DNA from: an uncultured Candidatus Rokubacteria bacterium
GTDB taxonomy: Bacteria; Methylomirabilota; Methylomirabilia; Rokubacteriales; CSP1-6
Direction: 5' to 3'
DNA length: 64,000 nt
Assembly (NCBI GenBank): GCA_963771355.1
Contig: CAVYTA010000004.1
Location: 1 to 64,000 of the forward strand
Numbering within the stretch: the stretch's first letter is position 1; each line of letters opens with the position of its first letter. The translations under genes were made by a program, and so were the position numbers. Below the pieces are notes generated by a model. The model did no database searches and was not told the origin of the DNA. It was given only the letters and a program-made list of their open reading frames with translations. Below, in pieces: positions 28,571 through 38,205 of this stretch.

Positions 28571-29071
28571 TTGCGAAAGCGGTTCCCGAAGGCTCCTGAT
28601 CCGATCTTTGTTGTCGGCCCGGTAGTTCTCATCGGACTCGTTGTCCTCCCGAGCATCCCGCGCTACCACTTCGAGAAGCAGACACTGGCGCAGGTTGAAG
28701 GCAAGGGTTGGATGCGAGTGGTCCACACGATGAAGGTGGGCCACATCCTGGAGCCGCTGACTTTGGTAAACGCGCCAATCGGCTCAGTCACAATCATCAC
28801 GCCTGAGCTTCCAGTGGAGGGCGCTTTCAGGCAGATGACTATACGGTACGAGGGGGAATCCCTCCTCTCAGCGGTCGAAGCTGACTGCTCACGATCGACG
28901 ATCCACTACGCCCAGCCGGACAAGGACGGGATCTTCCGGTACACAACGCCTTCTTCCGTCGAGATGAGCCCACAGCAGAAGAGTTGGTACTGCGAGTACG
29001 ACTGGACGCGAGAGAAGGAGGCGTTCCGCACGGAGTACCTTCGGCAGGCGGGCGACCGAGACAAGAAGTGA
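28571..29071 (+). CDS. hypothetical membrane-anchored protein
   Basis: 166-aa ORF with an N-terminal TM and atypical codon usage. Confidence 0.55.
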   Translation: MRKRFPKAPDPIFVVGPVVLIGLVVLPSIPRYHFEKQTLAQVEGKGWMRVVHTMKVGHILEPLTLVNAPIGSVTIITPELPVEGAFRQMTIRYEGESLLSAVEADCSRSTIHYAQPDKDGIFRYTTPSSVEMSPQQKSWYCEYDWTREKEAFRTEYLRQAGDRDKK

Positions 29072-29215
29072 TGAGCCTGCTCTCCCACTCCTGTCGCGCG
29101 GAGGGCCGTCGCTGGCTTCCGCACGGCCGCCGCCCGGCTCACCGAATCGGCCAAGCTACGTTGCCCGCCAGTTGCCTCGATGCGTCACGCCGAAAGGCGG
29201 ACTCGAGAGTTACGG

Positions 29216-29860
29216 CTAGCGTTCCTTGGTGAGGAATTGGTCGCGCCGGTTCTGGGCGTGGCAGGCCTCGGTCGACTCGGGGCAGAGGGGCCGCTCCTTG
29301 CCGAACGACACGATGGTGATGCGGTCCGACGACACGCCCTTGGAGACCAGATAATTCATCGCGGCCTTGGCCCGCCGCTCGCCGAGCAGCAGATTGTACT
29401 CCGCGGTGCCCCGCACGTCGCAGTGCCCCTCGATGAGCAGGAGATTGTTCGGGTTGCGCCTCAGCCAGTCCGCGCTGGCGTCGAGGGTCTTCGCGGCGGC
29501 GGAACGAAGGAAGGCCTTGTCGAAGTCGAAACGGATCTCGGCCATGTCGAATTCGAAGGTGATGGGCTTGAGCGCGTCGTGCGCCGCGTACTCCTTGGGC
29601 GGCGCCGGCGTGGGGGCGGGGGTCGGCGGCGCCGCCGGCATCGGCGTGGGGGCCGGAGCGGGAGCCATCGGTTGCGGCGCGGGGGCCGGAGCCGGGGTGG
29701 GCGCGGGCGCCGGTGCAGGGGCGGGCGCCGGTGCAGGGGCGGCCACCGGGGCCGGCGCCGCCGGCGCCGGTATCAGCGGGCGCTTGGGGCAGCCGGTCAG
29801 GAACAGGGCCAGAGCGAGCATGGGAAAGACAAAGGCGACGGATCCAGGTCTGGCTCGCAT
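29216..29860 (-). CDS. pal: Pal/OmpA-family peptidoglycan-associated lipoprotein with Pro-Ala linker
   Basis: LTGC lipobox; IEGHCDVRGTAEYNLLLGERRA, SFGKERP, NRR. Confidence 0.85.
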   Translation of the reverse strand: MRARPGSVAFVFPMLALALFLTGCPKRPLIPAPAAPAPVAAPAPAPAPAPAPAPTPAPAPAPQPMAPAPAPTPMPAAPPTPAPTPAPPKEYAAHDALKPITFEFDMAEIRFDFDKAFLRSAAAKTLDASADWLRRNPNNLLLIEGHCDVRGTAEYNLLLGERRAKAAMNYLVSKGVSSDRITIVSFGKERPLCPESTEACHAQNRRDQFLTKER

Positions 29861-29875
29861 GATGGGTGTCCTCGC

Positions 29876-30136
29876 CTAGTCCTGGAAGATCTGGTTCGGG
29901 TTGACCGTGAGGGCCGTCCCCCACCAGTTCTCGCGGGGAGCCGCAGCCATGTCGGCCCGGGTGACGCGGAGATTCGACCCGTCCTTGTTGTTCCGTAGCG
30001 AGAACCCCATGTGCTTGTCGGAGGCGAAGTGCGTCGAGTGGCCCTTCCACTCCGCCCATTCCTCCGACGTCGCGCAGCCGCTCAGCGAGACGGCCGCCGC
30101 CAGAGCCATCAGTGTGGTGACCGCTCGTACCCGCAT
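29876..30136 (-). CDS. small lipoprotein
   Basis: LSGC lipobox; WAEWKGHSTHFAS. Confidence 0.75.
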   Translation of the reverse strand: MRVRAVTTLMALAAAVSLSGCATSEEWAEWKGHSTHFASDKHMGFSLRNNKDGSNLRVTRADMAAAPRENWWGTALTVNPNQIFQD

Positions 30137-30264
30137 GTGGAATCCCTCCTGCCGGTCTCCGACCCGACGTCCCTGGCCGTCCGTGTCACAGCGCGGACGA
30201 CCCGTGCCATCTCGCGCCGATCCTGTCAGAGCGCTCGGGACAAGTCAAACCGAAACCTTGCGCT

Positions 30265-30856
30265 TGCTGTTGGTCTATGAAATTGTCCTCCCGTAATTGG
30301 TCCGTGAAAGTGTCCTCCCATGAACCCACGGGAGATACTCACGATGAGTCGGAAGGAAGCGCCGCGCGTCGGGCGGCTCAACGCAGTGGTGGCGGGACGG
30401 ATCAGGACCCGGGAGGTGGCCGAGGCCTTGCGCGTCAGTGAACGGCAGGTCCGCCGGCTCCGCCTCGGCCTGCGCTGGGTGCAACTGCCTCCGGGCCCCC
30501 GCCGCAGCTGGGCCGGGCTCCGCGTCGAGCTCCGAGAATTGCTCGACGGGCGCCTCGTCGTGCTCCACGACCAGCGGGTCCTCGCCTCGCAGCGCAGTCC
30601 CGGCCCGGGCTTTGTCCTCCGGCCCCGCCCCCTCCCACGCGGCACGCGCCGGTCGCGACGGCCCGTACACCCCCCGACGACGTCCGTGCCGCCGCCGCGG
30701 CCCACCCCCGCGGTCACCTCCCGTCGCACCCGGACGAGCGCGACCCATCCCTGGCGCCCCGGCGTCACCCCGCACAGCCGCACCCTGCAGCGCGCGTGGC
30801 GGCAGCGGACATTTTCACGGAACAGTTAACCCGGACACTTTCACTGGACAGCGACA
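30265..30856 (+). mobile_element. internally deleted IS1202-family (ISNCY)-like element with a 16-17 bp target duplication
   Basis: Imperfect 24-bp IRs with reiterated TGAAA(T/G)TGTCC; AACCGAAACCTTGCGC flanks at 30248-30263 and 30857-30872; HTH N-terminus fused to the ...HPWR C-terminus, no DDE core. Confidence 0.75.
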
Positions 30857-31143
30857 AACCGAAACCTTGCGCCGTCCGGGCCCATTTTGCGTGTCCGTCG
30901 GGAGGTCGCTGATAGCCATAAAAAGGGGGCGGTGCCAGTCCCGGAAGGAGCAGTCCCCAAGGGCCAGGACCAGCTCAGCGGACGCCGCCCGGCACCCTTT
31001 CATGCCCGCCCTTATGCCCGCGCCGGCGCGCTTTCACGTTCTCCCACACACGTCCACAGACTATGGGGCGGCGGGGAGTAAAAACTATCGTGCGAACACG
31101 GCGACTTAGCGGGCGTACTCGGCGGGGCGCCGGCAGCATGCGA

Positions 31144-31190
31144 GCCTTCTAAGTCGGGGGTCGGGGGTTCGAATCCCTCCAGGCGCGCCA
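31144..31190 (+). repeat. attR: duplicated 3' part of tRNA-Arg
   Basis: 45/47 identical to 27070-27116. Confidence 0.9.
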
Positions 31191-31324
31191 CTGAAGTGCA
31201 AGCATCCCGGGGGTTATCCAGCCCTCCGGGTTTCGTTCATTGTGGCTGGCGTGAGCCAGAATGAGCCACAGCGAGGGGAAATAGCCACAGACCGGCCACA
31301 GCTGATAGGAGGGGATTCTGACGT

Positions 31325-31672
31325 ATGACTGAGCCTATAACTCTCGACGTGGACGTGACGATGGTGGACCAAGTGCTGCTTGCTGACGGCTGGCACGACG
31401 TTGAGGACAATTCCTTCGACGTGATGAAGTTCGAGTTCATGCGCGACGGAAGATACCTAGAGGGTGCGGCGGCAGAAAAAGGGGCGACCTGGCTCGAACT
31501 TGGAGGCATCAGAGTCGCATGCCCGCTCACCGCAGTGTTGGCGGTAAAGATGGCGGCGCCTGATGAGGGGCTAGCGAGCCCGGCCAGACCTGAGGAACTA
31601 GCCCGCCCGCTCATTGTCCAGCATCCACCAAAGGCCCCGCGTCCGCCCGGGCCGATGCCGCGCGCGAGATAG
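31325..31672 (+). CDS. hypothetical protein
   Basis: AGGAGG RBS; globular composition (VLLADGWHDV). Confidence 0.6.
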   Translation: MTEPITLDVDVTMVDQVLLADGWHDVEDNSFDVMKFEFMRDGRYLEGAAAEKGATWLELGGIRVACPLTAVLAVKMAAPDEGLASPARPEELARPLIVQHPPKAPRPPGPMPRAR

Positions 31673-32012
31673 AATCACGGCCATCGGCCACCACAAAGTC
31701 CTCGGGTCGTTCCAGTCCTGGACGCGGGCGGCCCCGTCGTGCTCCACGCAGGGGTACCGAAGCCGGATTGGCCGCGTGCTCCTCTACCCGACCGATCTGG
31801 AGATGTAGCGGCGTCACGTCCTCTCCGCAATTCTGTTTTTGAAGAACCTCGCGAATTTTTCGGGATCCCTCTAGCGTTCGGCGAAAAGACGCGCGAGTAT
31901 GTGCATCCCTAGGACTCAAAATGATCCACATCGCACAGACAATCATTCGCGCTATCGCGATCGCGACCATGGCTGTCGTCGCCTACTTCCTCGCCGGATG
32001 AACGTCGGCCAG

Positions 32013-32276
32013 ATGCCTGACGAGACACTCTTGCGCGAACAAGCGCACGCTGCTATCCGAAGCGGAAAGTTACCCGCGCGCCGGGCTGATCGCACATGGG
32101 GCGGGCCTGGCGTCGGAGCTGCGTGCGCGGTCTGCGCGCTCGCTGTCACGAAAGACCAGATGGAGATCGAGATCGAATTCGTCCACGATGGCGATGCGCC
32201 CGGATTGGACAAGTACCACGTCCATGTGCGCTGCTTCGCGGCGTGGGGATTCGAGCGAAACAAGCTCTCCACGTAG
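32013..32276 (+). CDS. small CxxC...HxxC putative Zn-binding protein
   Basis: GKLP..TWGGPG.GAACAVC...HVRCFAAW; paralog of 11703. Confidence 0.7.
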   Translation: MPDETLLREQAHAAIRSGKLPARRADRTWGGPGVGAACAVCALAVTKDQMEIEIEFVHDGDAPGLDKYHVHVRCFAAWGFERNKLST

Positions 32277-32394
32277 AGGGGCCTGCGGCCGAGCGGGCGT
32301 GCTACCCCTCTCTTTCCCAGGGTGAGATTGATCGGCTACCAGCCCTTGGTTCGCGCGCGGCCGGCGTGCGAAAGAATCAAGCGCGAGTGCGACA

Positions 32395-32859
32395 TTACCC
32401 GGTCGGATGAAGCTCGCCGGGCTTGCGCATCATCTTATCGACCTCGGCGATATGCTGCTCCTCGAGGGTGATCTGTTCCCGGGCGTACTCTTCAAGCCAC
32501 ACGCTCTTGTCCACTACGAGCGCGAGCAGGTTGTAGTACTCGCGAAGTGTAGCGCGCTCGTGATCCAACGCTTCACTCAGAATCTGGGTGATGTCATGTT
32601 TGTGGGACTCGACCAGTTTGCCGATGTTGAGGGAAGGATGTCCGCCAAGCGACGTTACATGTTCGCCGGCCATGGCCGCATGGTTCATGCCCTCCGTGGC
32701 TTGGTTGCGCATCCAGCTGATGATCGGAATGCGCGCGTGGCCGAAGACCATCAGCGAATAATGCAGGTAGCGCACTACGCCAGCGAGCTCAAGCTCCAGG
32801 ATAGTATTGAGACTACGGATGACTTTCTGAGAATCGATCTTGTCGTGGTCACTGAGCAT
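32395..32859 (-). CDS. bacterioferritin/ferritin-like protein
   Basis: ELELAGVVRYLHYS, EGMNH, EALDHE, EEQH. Confidence 0.85.
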   Translation of the reverse strand: MLSDHDKIDSQKVIRSLNTILELELAGVVRYLHYSLMVFGHARIPIISWMRNQATEGMNHAAMAGEHVTSLGGHPSLNIGKLVESHKHDITQILSEALDHERATLREYYNLLALVVDKSVWLEEYAREQITLEEQHIAEVDKMMRKPGELHPTG

Positions 32860-32928
32860 GGTGTCCTCCTTGGTTGCGGATTCTCCATCCAAGATTACCC
32901 CCTCTAATGACCCGAGCGCACCGTTGGA

Positions 32929-33282
32929 TCAGCGCGCGCCGTTGGCGAACTCGCTTTCCTGGATGAAGCGCCAGCCTGCGCGCTCCGCCGCGCCCTGGTC
33001 GTCGCTGGAACCGGAAACACCGAAGATGTTACCGACCATCACGTAGTCATCTCCCGGAATGTACTGCCGCAGCTGGCGCAAGAAGTCGTGCTTCTCGATG
33101 CCGCAGGGCCCCACGAACGAGCAGAAGTGGTGCCAGCCCGGATGGTGCAGGGTCACCATCGCCCAGTTCCCACAGAGGCCGATGATATGGCCGTGCTCGC
33201 GCAGCTTGACGAGATCGACCAGCTTCACCGGTCCCTCGCTGACCTCCAGTGTCTCGTCCACGTCGAACGCGTACACCACCAT
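32929..33282 (-). CDS. small HAD-like protein
   Basis: AFDVDETL, VMVGN, SDDQGAA. Confidence 0.65.
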   Translation of the reverse strand: MVVYAFDVDETLEVSEGPVKLVDLVKLREHGHIIGLCGNWAMVTLHHPGWHHFCSFVGPCGIEKHDFLRQLRQYIPGDDYVMVGNIFGVSGSSDDQGAAERAGWRFIQESEFANGAR

Positions 33283-33434
33283 GGCGACGTCCTCCCGACG
33301 CAGTCCTGCGTCAACCCGAGGCGACCCTCCGCTCCAACTTCCTGCTTGACCAGGGATTCGGCAGCGTTGTACCAAGCAGACATCGAACGAGGGGGTGCGT
33401 CCACCCGTTATTCCAGGGCCAAGCAGAGGAGAGC

Positions 33435-33908
33435 ATGATGGCACACAAGTTCCTGCGACTGTTCGCCCTGTTCGCGCTGCTGGGACTCGTCACCGCCGGC
33501 GCCGCCGCCGCCCAGGATTGCAGTGGAACCATCACCGCCGACGAGGCGATGAAGGCGGAGACCGCGCGCTACGTCGCGCAAACCGCGAACGACTTCGCGG
33601 CGATGGAGAAGCTGTTCGGCAACGATCTCACGTACAACCACTCCTCTGCCGCCACCGACGACAAGGCGAAGTACATCGACGGCATGCGCTCGGGCCGTAC
33701 GAAGTACCGCACGATGACGCCGAACAGCGACGTGAAGGCGCGCACGTATGGCTGCATCGCGATCATCACCGGGACCGCGGTCTACGAGGTGACGTCGGCC
33801 GGCCAGGATCGCACGGTGCCGCTGCGCTTCACCGCGATCTGGGCGAAGCGGCCGTCCGGGCTCGAGTTCGTGTCGTGGCAGTCGACCGGCATTCCCCCGA
33901 GACAGTAG
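33435..33908 (+). CDS. secreted NTF2-like (DUF4440) protein
   Basis: Signal peptide; DLTYNHSS, FTAIWAK...VSWQST. Confidence 0.85.
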   Translation: MMAHKFLRLFALFALLGLVTAGAAAAQDCSGTITADEAMKAETARYVAQTANDFAAMEKLFGNDLTYNHSSAATDDKAKYIDGMRSGRTKYRTMTPNSDVKARTYGCIAIITGTAVYEVTSAGQDRTVPLRFTAIWAKRPSGLEFVSWQSTGIPPRQ

Positions 33909-33959
33909 CCGGCGAGAAGGAGCGGAGGCGCCTCCACCGCGGCGCGGACGTGGTCCGGG

Positions 33960-34727
33960 CTACTTCTTGCCCGGAGTAGCGACTAGGGCGTTGGGCACTC
34001 CCGACCCGGGTAGCGACAGCGCCAGTGGGGGGAGCTTCGCCACGAGCTGTGTCGACGGACCTCCGTCGAGGTTGAGGGCATCCCGGCATCCGAGCCCTCC
34101 CTTGTCAGGCGGGGTGGCAAGGAAGCGTGCGAAGGCGGGAGCTTCGGCCTTCGTCGAAACGACGAGAACGACGACATTCTCCTCGGCGCACACCGCAGTC
34201 CGCTCGGCGATCTGGGGTTTTAACTGCTGGACCTGTCCCCCGACAAGGAGACGGGGGATACCCTGGACGATGAGGCGATGGGCAAGGTGGTCCTGGATCT
34301 CGGCACCGAGCATGATCCGCCCCTTTTTCCCATCAATCACGAGCGCGCCCCAGTTCCGCTGTTTGCTCAGAGCAATCGCTCGACCTTCGTCGACAGCGAG
34401 GCCCATCGCGCGGCCCTCCTTGTCGAAGAAGCTGGCATTGACGGCAACGACAACGGGATAGGGCGCAACGATCTGCGCTACAGTGCGCCGCGCCGGAGGA
34501 TCTCCCGCCGGCGCTAGACGGAGTTCTGCCACCTCGAGGTCGATCTTGAAGGCGTGGCCCGAGAAAGGCTCCGCGTCGACCGGGCGCACGTCGAAAATCG
34601 CGTGTGCGATGCCTGGGGCCACTATCGAAAAGCGCGCCGGCTCCGCTCGAACCGGACTCATCCCAGCGCTACTCACCGCCAGGAGCCCGGCGAAGACGCA
34701 GGGAACGAGGATGAGACGGCCTTTCAT
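33960..34727 (-). CDS. phosphodiester glycosidase (NAGPA/DUF2233) family protein
   Basis: AVNASFF, ERTAV, ALNLDGGPST. Confidence 0.8.
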   Translation of the reverse strand: MKGRLILVPCVFAGLLAVSSAGMSPVRAEPARFSIVAPGIAHAIFDVRPVDAEPFSGHAFKIDLEVAELRLAPAGDPPARRTVAQIVAPYPVVVAVNASFFDKEGRAMGLAVDEGRAIALSKQRNWGALVIDGKKGRIMLGAEIQDHLAHRLIVQGIPRLLVGGQVQQLKPQIAERTAVCAEENVVVLVVSTKAEAPAFARFLATPPDKGGLGCRDALNLDGGPSTQLVAKLPPLALSLPGSGVPNALVATPGKK

Positions 34728-34776
34728 GGACTTGATTTTGAGGCACCGTGCTGCGCTTTGGCAATTTGTTCTGAGG

Positions 34777-34866
34777 GTGATCGGGCTCTTGACGACGCCG
34801 CGGGGATCGTTCGTCACGGGGACCACGATCCAGGTCGACGGCGGCTCGCGCAGCAACCGGCCGTAG
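34777..34866 (+). pseudogene. SDR C-terminal remnant
   Basis: GSFVTGTTIQVDGG. Confidence 0.55.
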
Positions 34867-34947
34867 AGCTAAGGGGCCCCGGCGCTCAAGCTGCACGGGG
34901 CATGCCGGACTCGTGACGGATTGCTCGGGCGTGCTTCTGAGTGGCCG

Positions 34948-35187
34948 CTACCGTCCCAGCGACAGAAATCCCACGAGCACGGCGCGGAGTGCCACGCGCG
35001 CCCCGAGCGCCCAGCGGACTAGCCGACGGGCGATGGTACGGGACCAGCCTGGCAGGGTGGCGATCCCGAGTGCGGCGGCCACGAAGGGGAGGAGGATGAA
35101 GCCCAACGTCGCGTAGGCGGCGAAGAAGACGACGAGAACGACTCCGGTTAGGATCCGGATTCCGATGCTGCCCGACTCCGTTGCCAT
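34948..35187 (-). CDS. hypothetical membrane protein
   Basis: Hydrophobic ORF. Confidence 0.4.
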   Translation of the reverse strand: MATESGSIGIRILTGVVLVVFFAAYATLGFILLPFVAAALGIATLPGWSRTIARRLVRWALGARVALRAVLVGFLSLGR

Positions 35188-35365
35188 GGCAACGAGCGTG
35201 CGCACGGCCGCACACTAGCACCCCCAATAGCGCCCGTCCACAATTAAGTTAGGGTCAGGGGGGCATTGTGCTGTAATTCGCCGCAAGGCGCCCAGGAGGG
35301 CGGGGACGGTCACGACTCCGCCGTCACTACCCCGGCGTCACTACCCCAATGAAGGAGGGCTCTCC

Positions 35366-35707
35366 ATGAATCGGATACTCGCCCTGCTGATCACGCTCCT
35401 GTTCCTGGTCGGGTTCGGTGGGCTCCCGGACGCCTTCGCCCAGACCCCGCCCGCCAAGAGCGACGCCAAGCCCGCGGCCAAGCCGGCCACCGAGACCAAG
35501 AAGGACATGGGCAAGCATGAGCCCATCGATATCAACTCGGCATCCGCGGACGAGCTGAAGGGGGTGCCCGGTATCGGGGACGCCTACTCGAAGAAGATCA
35601 TCGACAACCGGCCGTACAAGCGGAAGGACGAGCTGGTCGCGAAGAAGGTCGTGCCGCAGGCCACCTACGACAAGATCAAGGACCACATCATTGCGAAGCA
35701 GAAGTAG
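35366..35707 (+). CDS. ComEA-like helix-hairpin-helix protein
   Basis: Signal peptide; IDINSASADELKGVPGIGDAYSKKII. Confidence 0.88.
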   Translation: MNRILALLITLLFLVGFGGLPDAFAQTPPAKSDAKPAAKPATETKKDMGKHEPIDINSASADELKGVPGIGDAYSKKIIDNRPYKRKDELVAKKVVPQATYDKIKDHIIAKQK

Positions 35708-35776
35708 CGGGGCGAACCCGAAGTAAGGGGGGCGAAGCCCAAGTAGCGGAAGCCGTCTCGCCGCCTGGCCGGTCGG

Positions 35777-37006
35777 TCAGCCCCCGGCCTTGGCGGCGGG
35801 CGCGCCCGCCTGGGCGGGCTGCCCATTGCCCGACCCCTCGGCGGCGCAGGCGTCGGCATGGCCCGCGCGGTGGATGGACAGGTCCTTGATGGTCGGGCTG
35901 GTCCCGCAGAGCGGGCAGTTCGGATCGCGCCGCAGCTTCACCTCGCGGAAGCGCATGCCGAGCGCGTCGTAGGTCATCAGCCGGCCGATCAGTGGCTCGC
36001 CGATTCCCAGCAGCACCTTGATCGCCTCGGTGGCCTGTACCACTCCGATGATGCCTGGGAGCACGCCCAGGACGCCGGCCTCGCTTCAGGAGGGCACCAG
36101 CCCCGGGGGGGGCGGGGTCGGATAGAGGCAGCGATAGCACGGCCCCTGATTCGGGGCGAAGACGCTGGCCATGCCCTCGAACTGGAAGATCGAGCCGTGG
36201 ATATTGGTCTTCCCCGCCAGATAGCACGCGTCGTTCATGAGATAGCGCGTGTCGAAGTTGTCCGAGCCGTCCACCACCAGGTCGTAGTCCTTGATGATGT
36301 CCATCACGTTGTCCACCTCGATGCGGGTGGGCAGCGGGATGACGTTCACGTCGGGATTCAACGCGCGAATGGCCTCCATGCCGGACTCGACCTTGGGGCG
36401 CCCGACGCTGGCGGTGGTGTGGAGGATCTGGCGCTGGAGATTCGACACGTCCACCACGTCCCCGTCCATGAGCCCGAGGGTGCCCACGCCGGCGGCGGCC
36501 AGGTAGAGCGCGGTCGGGGAGCCGAGACCGCCCGCGCCGATGAGCAGCACCTTGGAGCGGAGCAGCTTGCGCTGGCCCTTCTCGCCCACCTGCGGGAGGA
36601 GGAAGTGGCGGCTATAGCGCTGGATCTGCTCCGTGGTGAGCGGCTTGTCCTTGGCCACGGGCAGGCCGGACTGCGCCCACTTCTGGAAGCCGCCCTGCAG
36701 GTTGATGACGTTCTCGTAGCCAAGCTCCTTGAGCTGGCGTGCGGCGAGCATGGACCGCAGACCGGTCTGGCAGTAGAGCACGAGCGGGGTGGTGGGCTCG
36801 GGCGCCACGGTGCCGATGCGGAACTCGAGGAAGCCGCGGCTGATATTCGCCGCGTCCTCGATATGGCCGTCACGGTACTCGTCGGGATCCCGCACGTCCA
36901 CGACCACCACGGGCTCGCCGGCGTCGAGCCGGCGCTTGAGATCGGCCGGCCCCTGCTCGGGGACGACCTGGCGGGCCTCTGCCAGCATCTCCTTCAAGGT
37001 CTTCAT
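35777..37006 (-). CDS. moeB: rhodanese-MoeB/ThiF adenylyltransferase, probable selenoprotein (UGA at 36086-36088)
   Basis: YCQTGLRS, RYSRH, GAGGLGS, SNLQRQ, CYRC, PS-UGA-SEAGVLG, CPLC; two track ORFs join in frame. Confidence 0.92.
36054..36071 (-). other. putative bacterial SECIS hairpin
   Basis: CCUGGG-CGUGCU-CCCAGG at +15 to +32 after the UGA. Confidence 0.6.
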
Positions 37007-37143
37007 GCCGTAACTCCTCGTTTCTGTGACCGAGTGATGACTTCGTGCTCGTTGTTAAGATTACCGCTATTCCCGGTCGGATGCAGGGAGAATCCCGTCC
37101 CGGCTGTTCCCAGCGCGCCAAGACTGCTATAATCGGCTGCGAA

Positions 37144-38205
37144 ATGAAAGGGTTAATCCTCTCCGGAGGTCGTGGAACGCGCCTCCGCCCCATCACCTAC
37201 ACCTCCGCCAAGCAGCTCGTCCCGGTCGCCAACAAGCCCATTCTCTTCTACGGCATCGAGGCCCTGGCCGCCTCCGGAATCAGCGAGATCGGCATCGTGG
37301 TGGGCGACACCCACCAGGAGATCCGTGACGCGGTGGGCGACGGCAGCCAGTGGGGCGTGCGGGTGGCCTATATCCAGCAGGAGGCGCCGCTCGGGCTCGC
37401 CCATGCCGTCCTCACCGCCGAGCCCTTCATCGGCACCGACTCCTTCTGCATGTACCTCGGCGACAACCTCATCCGCGAGAAGCTCGCGCCCCTGGTGGAG
37501 CGCTTTCGCGCCGACAAGCCCAACAGCCAGATCCTGCTCGCCCACGTGCCCGACCCCACGCAGTTCGGGGTGGCCGAGCTCAAGGGCGACAAGGTGGTGC
37601 GGCTGGTCGAGAAGCCCAAGGTGCCGCCCTCGGACCTGGCGCTGGTCGGCGTCTACATGTTCGACGCCACCATCTTCCAGGCCGCCAAGGCGATCAAGCC
37701 CTCCGGGCGCGGCGAGCTCGAGATCACGGACGCCATCCAGTGGCTCATCGACACCGGCCATACGGTGCGGCCGCACGTCATCAGCGGCTGGTGGAAGGAC
37801 ACCGGGAAGCTCGAGGACATGCTGGAGGCGAACCGCATCATCCTCGACACGCTGGTGCCGCGCAACGAGGGCACGGTGACGGACTCCGAGCTGCTCGGCA
37901 AGGTGGTGGTGGAGGCGGGCGCCCGCATCGTCCGGAGCACCGTCCGGGGGCCGGCCATCGTGGGCAAGGGCGCGGTGATCGAGAATGCCTACGTGGGGCC
38001 GTTCACCTCCATCGGGGACGGCGTGATCGTCCGCGAGAGCGAGGTCGAGCACTCCATCCTCCTCGAGGGCTCGCGCATCGTGGACGTGGGCGGGCGCATC
38101 GAGTCCAGCCTGATCGGGCGCAACGCCGCCATCTACCGCACGCAGACCAAGCCGCGCTCGTTCACCTTCATGCTGGGTGACCGCAGCGAGGTGGGCCTCG
38201 TCTGA
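37144..38205 (+). CDS. rmlA: glucose-1-phosphate thymidylyltransferase (long form)
   Basis: LSGGRGTRLRP, AKQLVPVANKP, RGELEITD. Confidence 0.93.
   Translation: MKGLILSGGRGTRLRPITYTSAKQLVPVANKPILFYGIEALAASGISEIGIVVGDTHQEIRDAVGDGSQWGVRVAYIQQEAPLGLAHAVLTAEPFIGTDSFCMYLGDNLIREKLAPLVERFRADKPNSQILLAHVPDPTQFGVAELKGDKVVRLVEKPKVPPSDLALVGVYMFDATIFQAAKAIKPSGRGELEITDAIQWLIDTGHTVRPHVISGWWKDTGKLEDMLEANRIILDTLVPRNEGTVTDSELLGKVVVEAGARIVRSTVRGPAIVGKGAVIENAYVGPFTSIGDGVIVRESEVEHSILLEGSRIVDVGGRIESSLIGRNAAIYRTQTKPRSFTFMLGDRSEVGLV

Larger units (their letters stand above)
27117..31190. mobile_element. degenerate genomic island at tRNA-Arg (attL 27070-27116, attR 31144-31190)
   Basis: 47-bp direct repeat with 2 mismatches; integrase remnant adjacent to the tRNA. 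Confidence 0.85.

Noticed and set aside
30193..30209. sigma54 promoter for the lipoprotein-pal operon
   Set aside because: TGGCACG present, but the -12 position is CC, not GC
31144..31190. Second tRNA-Arg gene
   Set aside because: Only the 3' part is present; it is attR
27117..35300. Prophage
   Set aside because: No structural, terminase or replication genes
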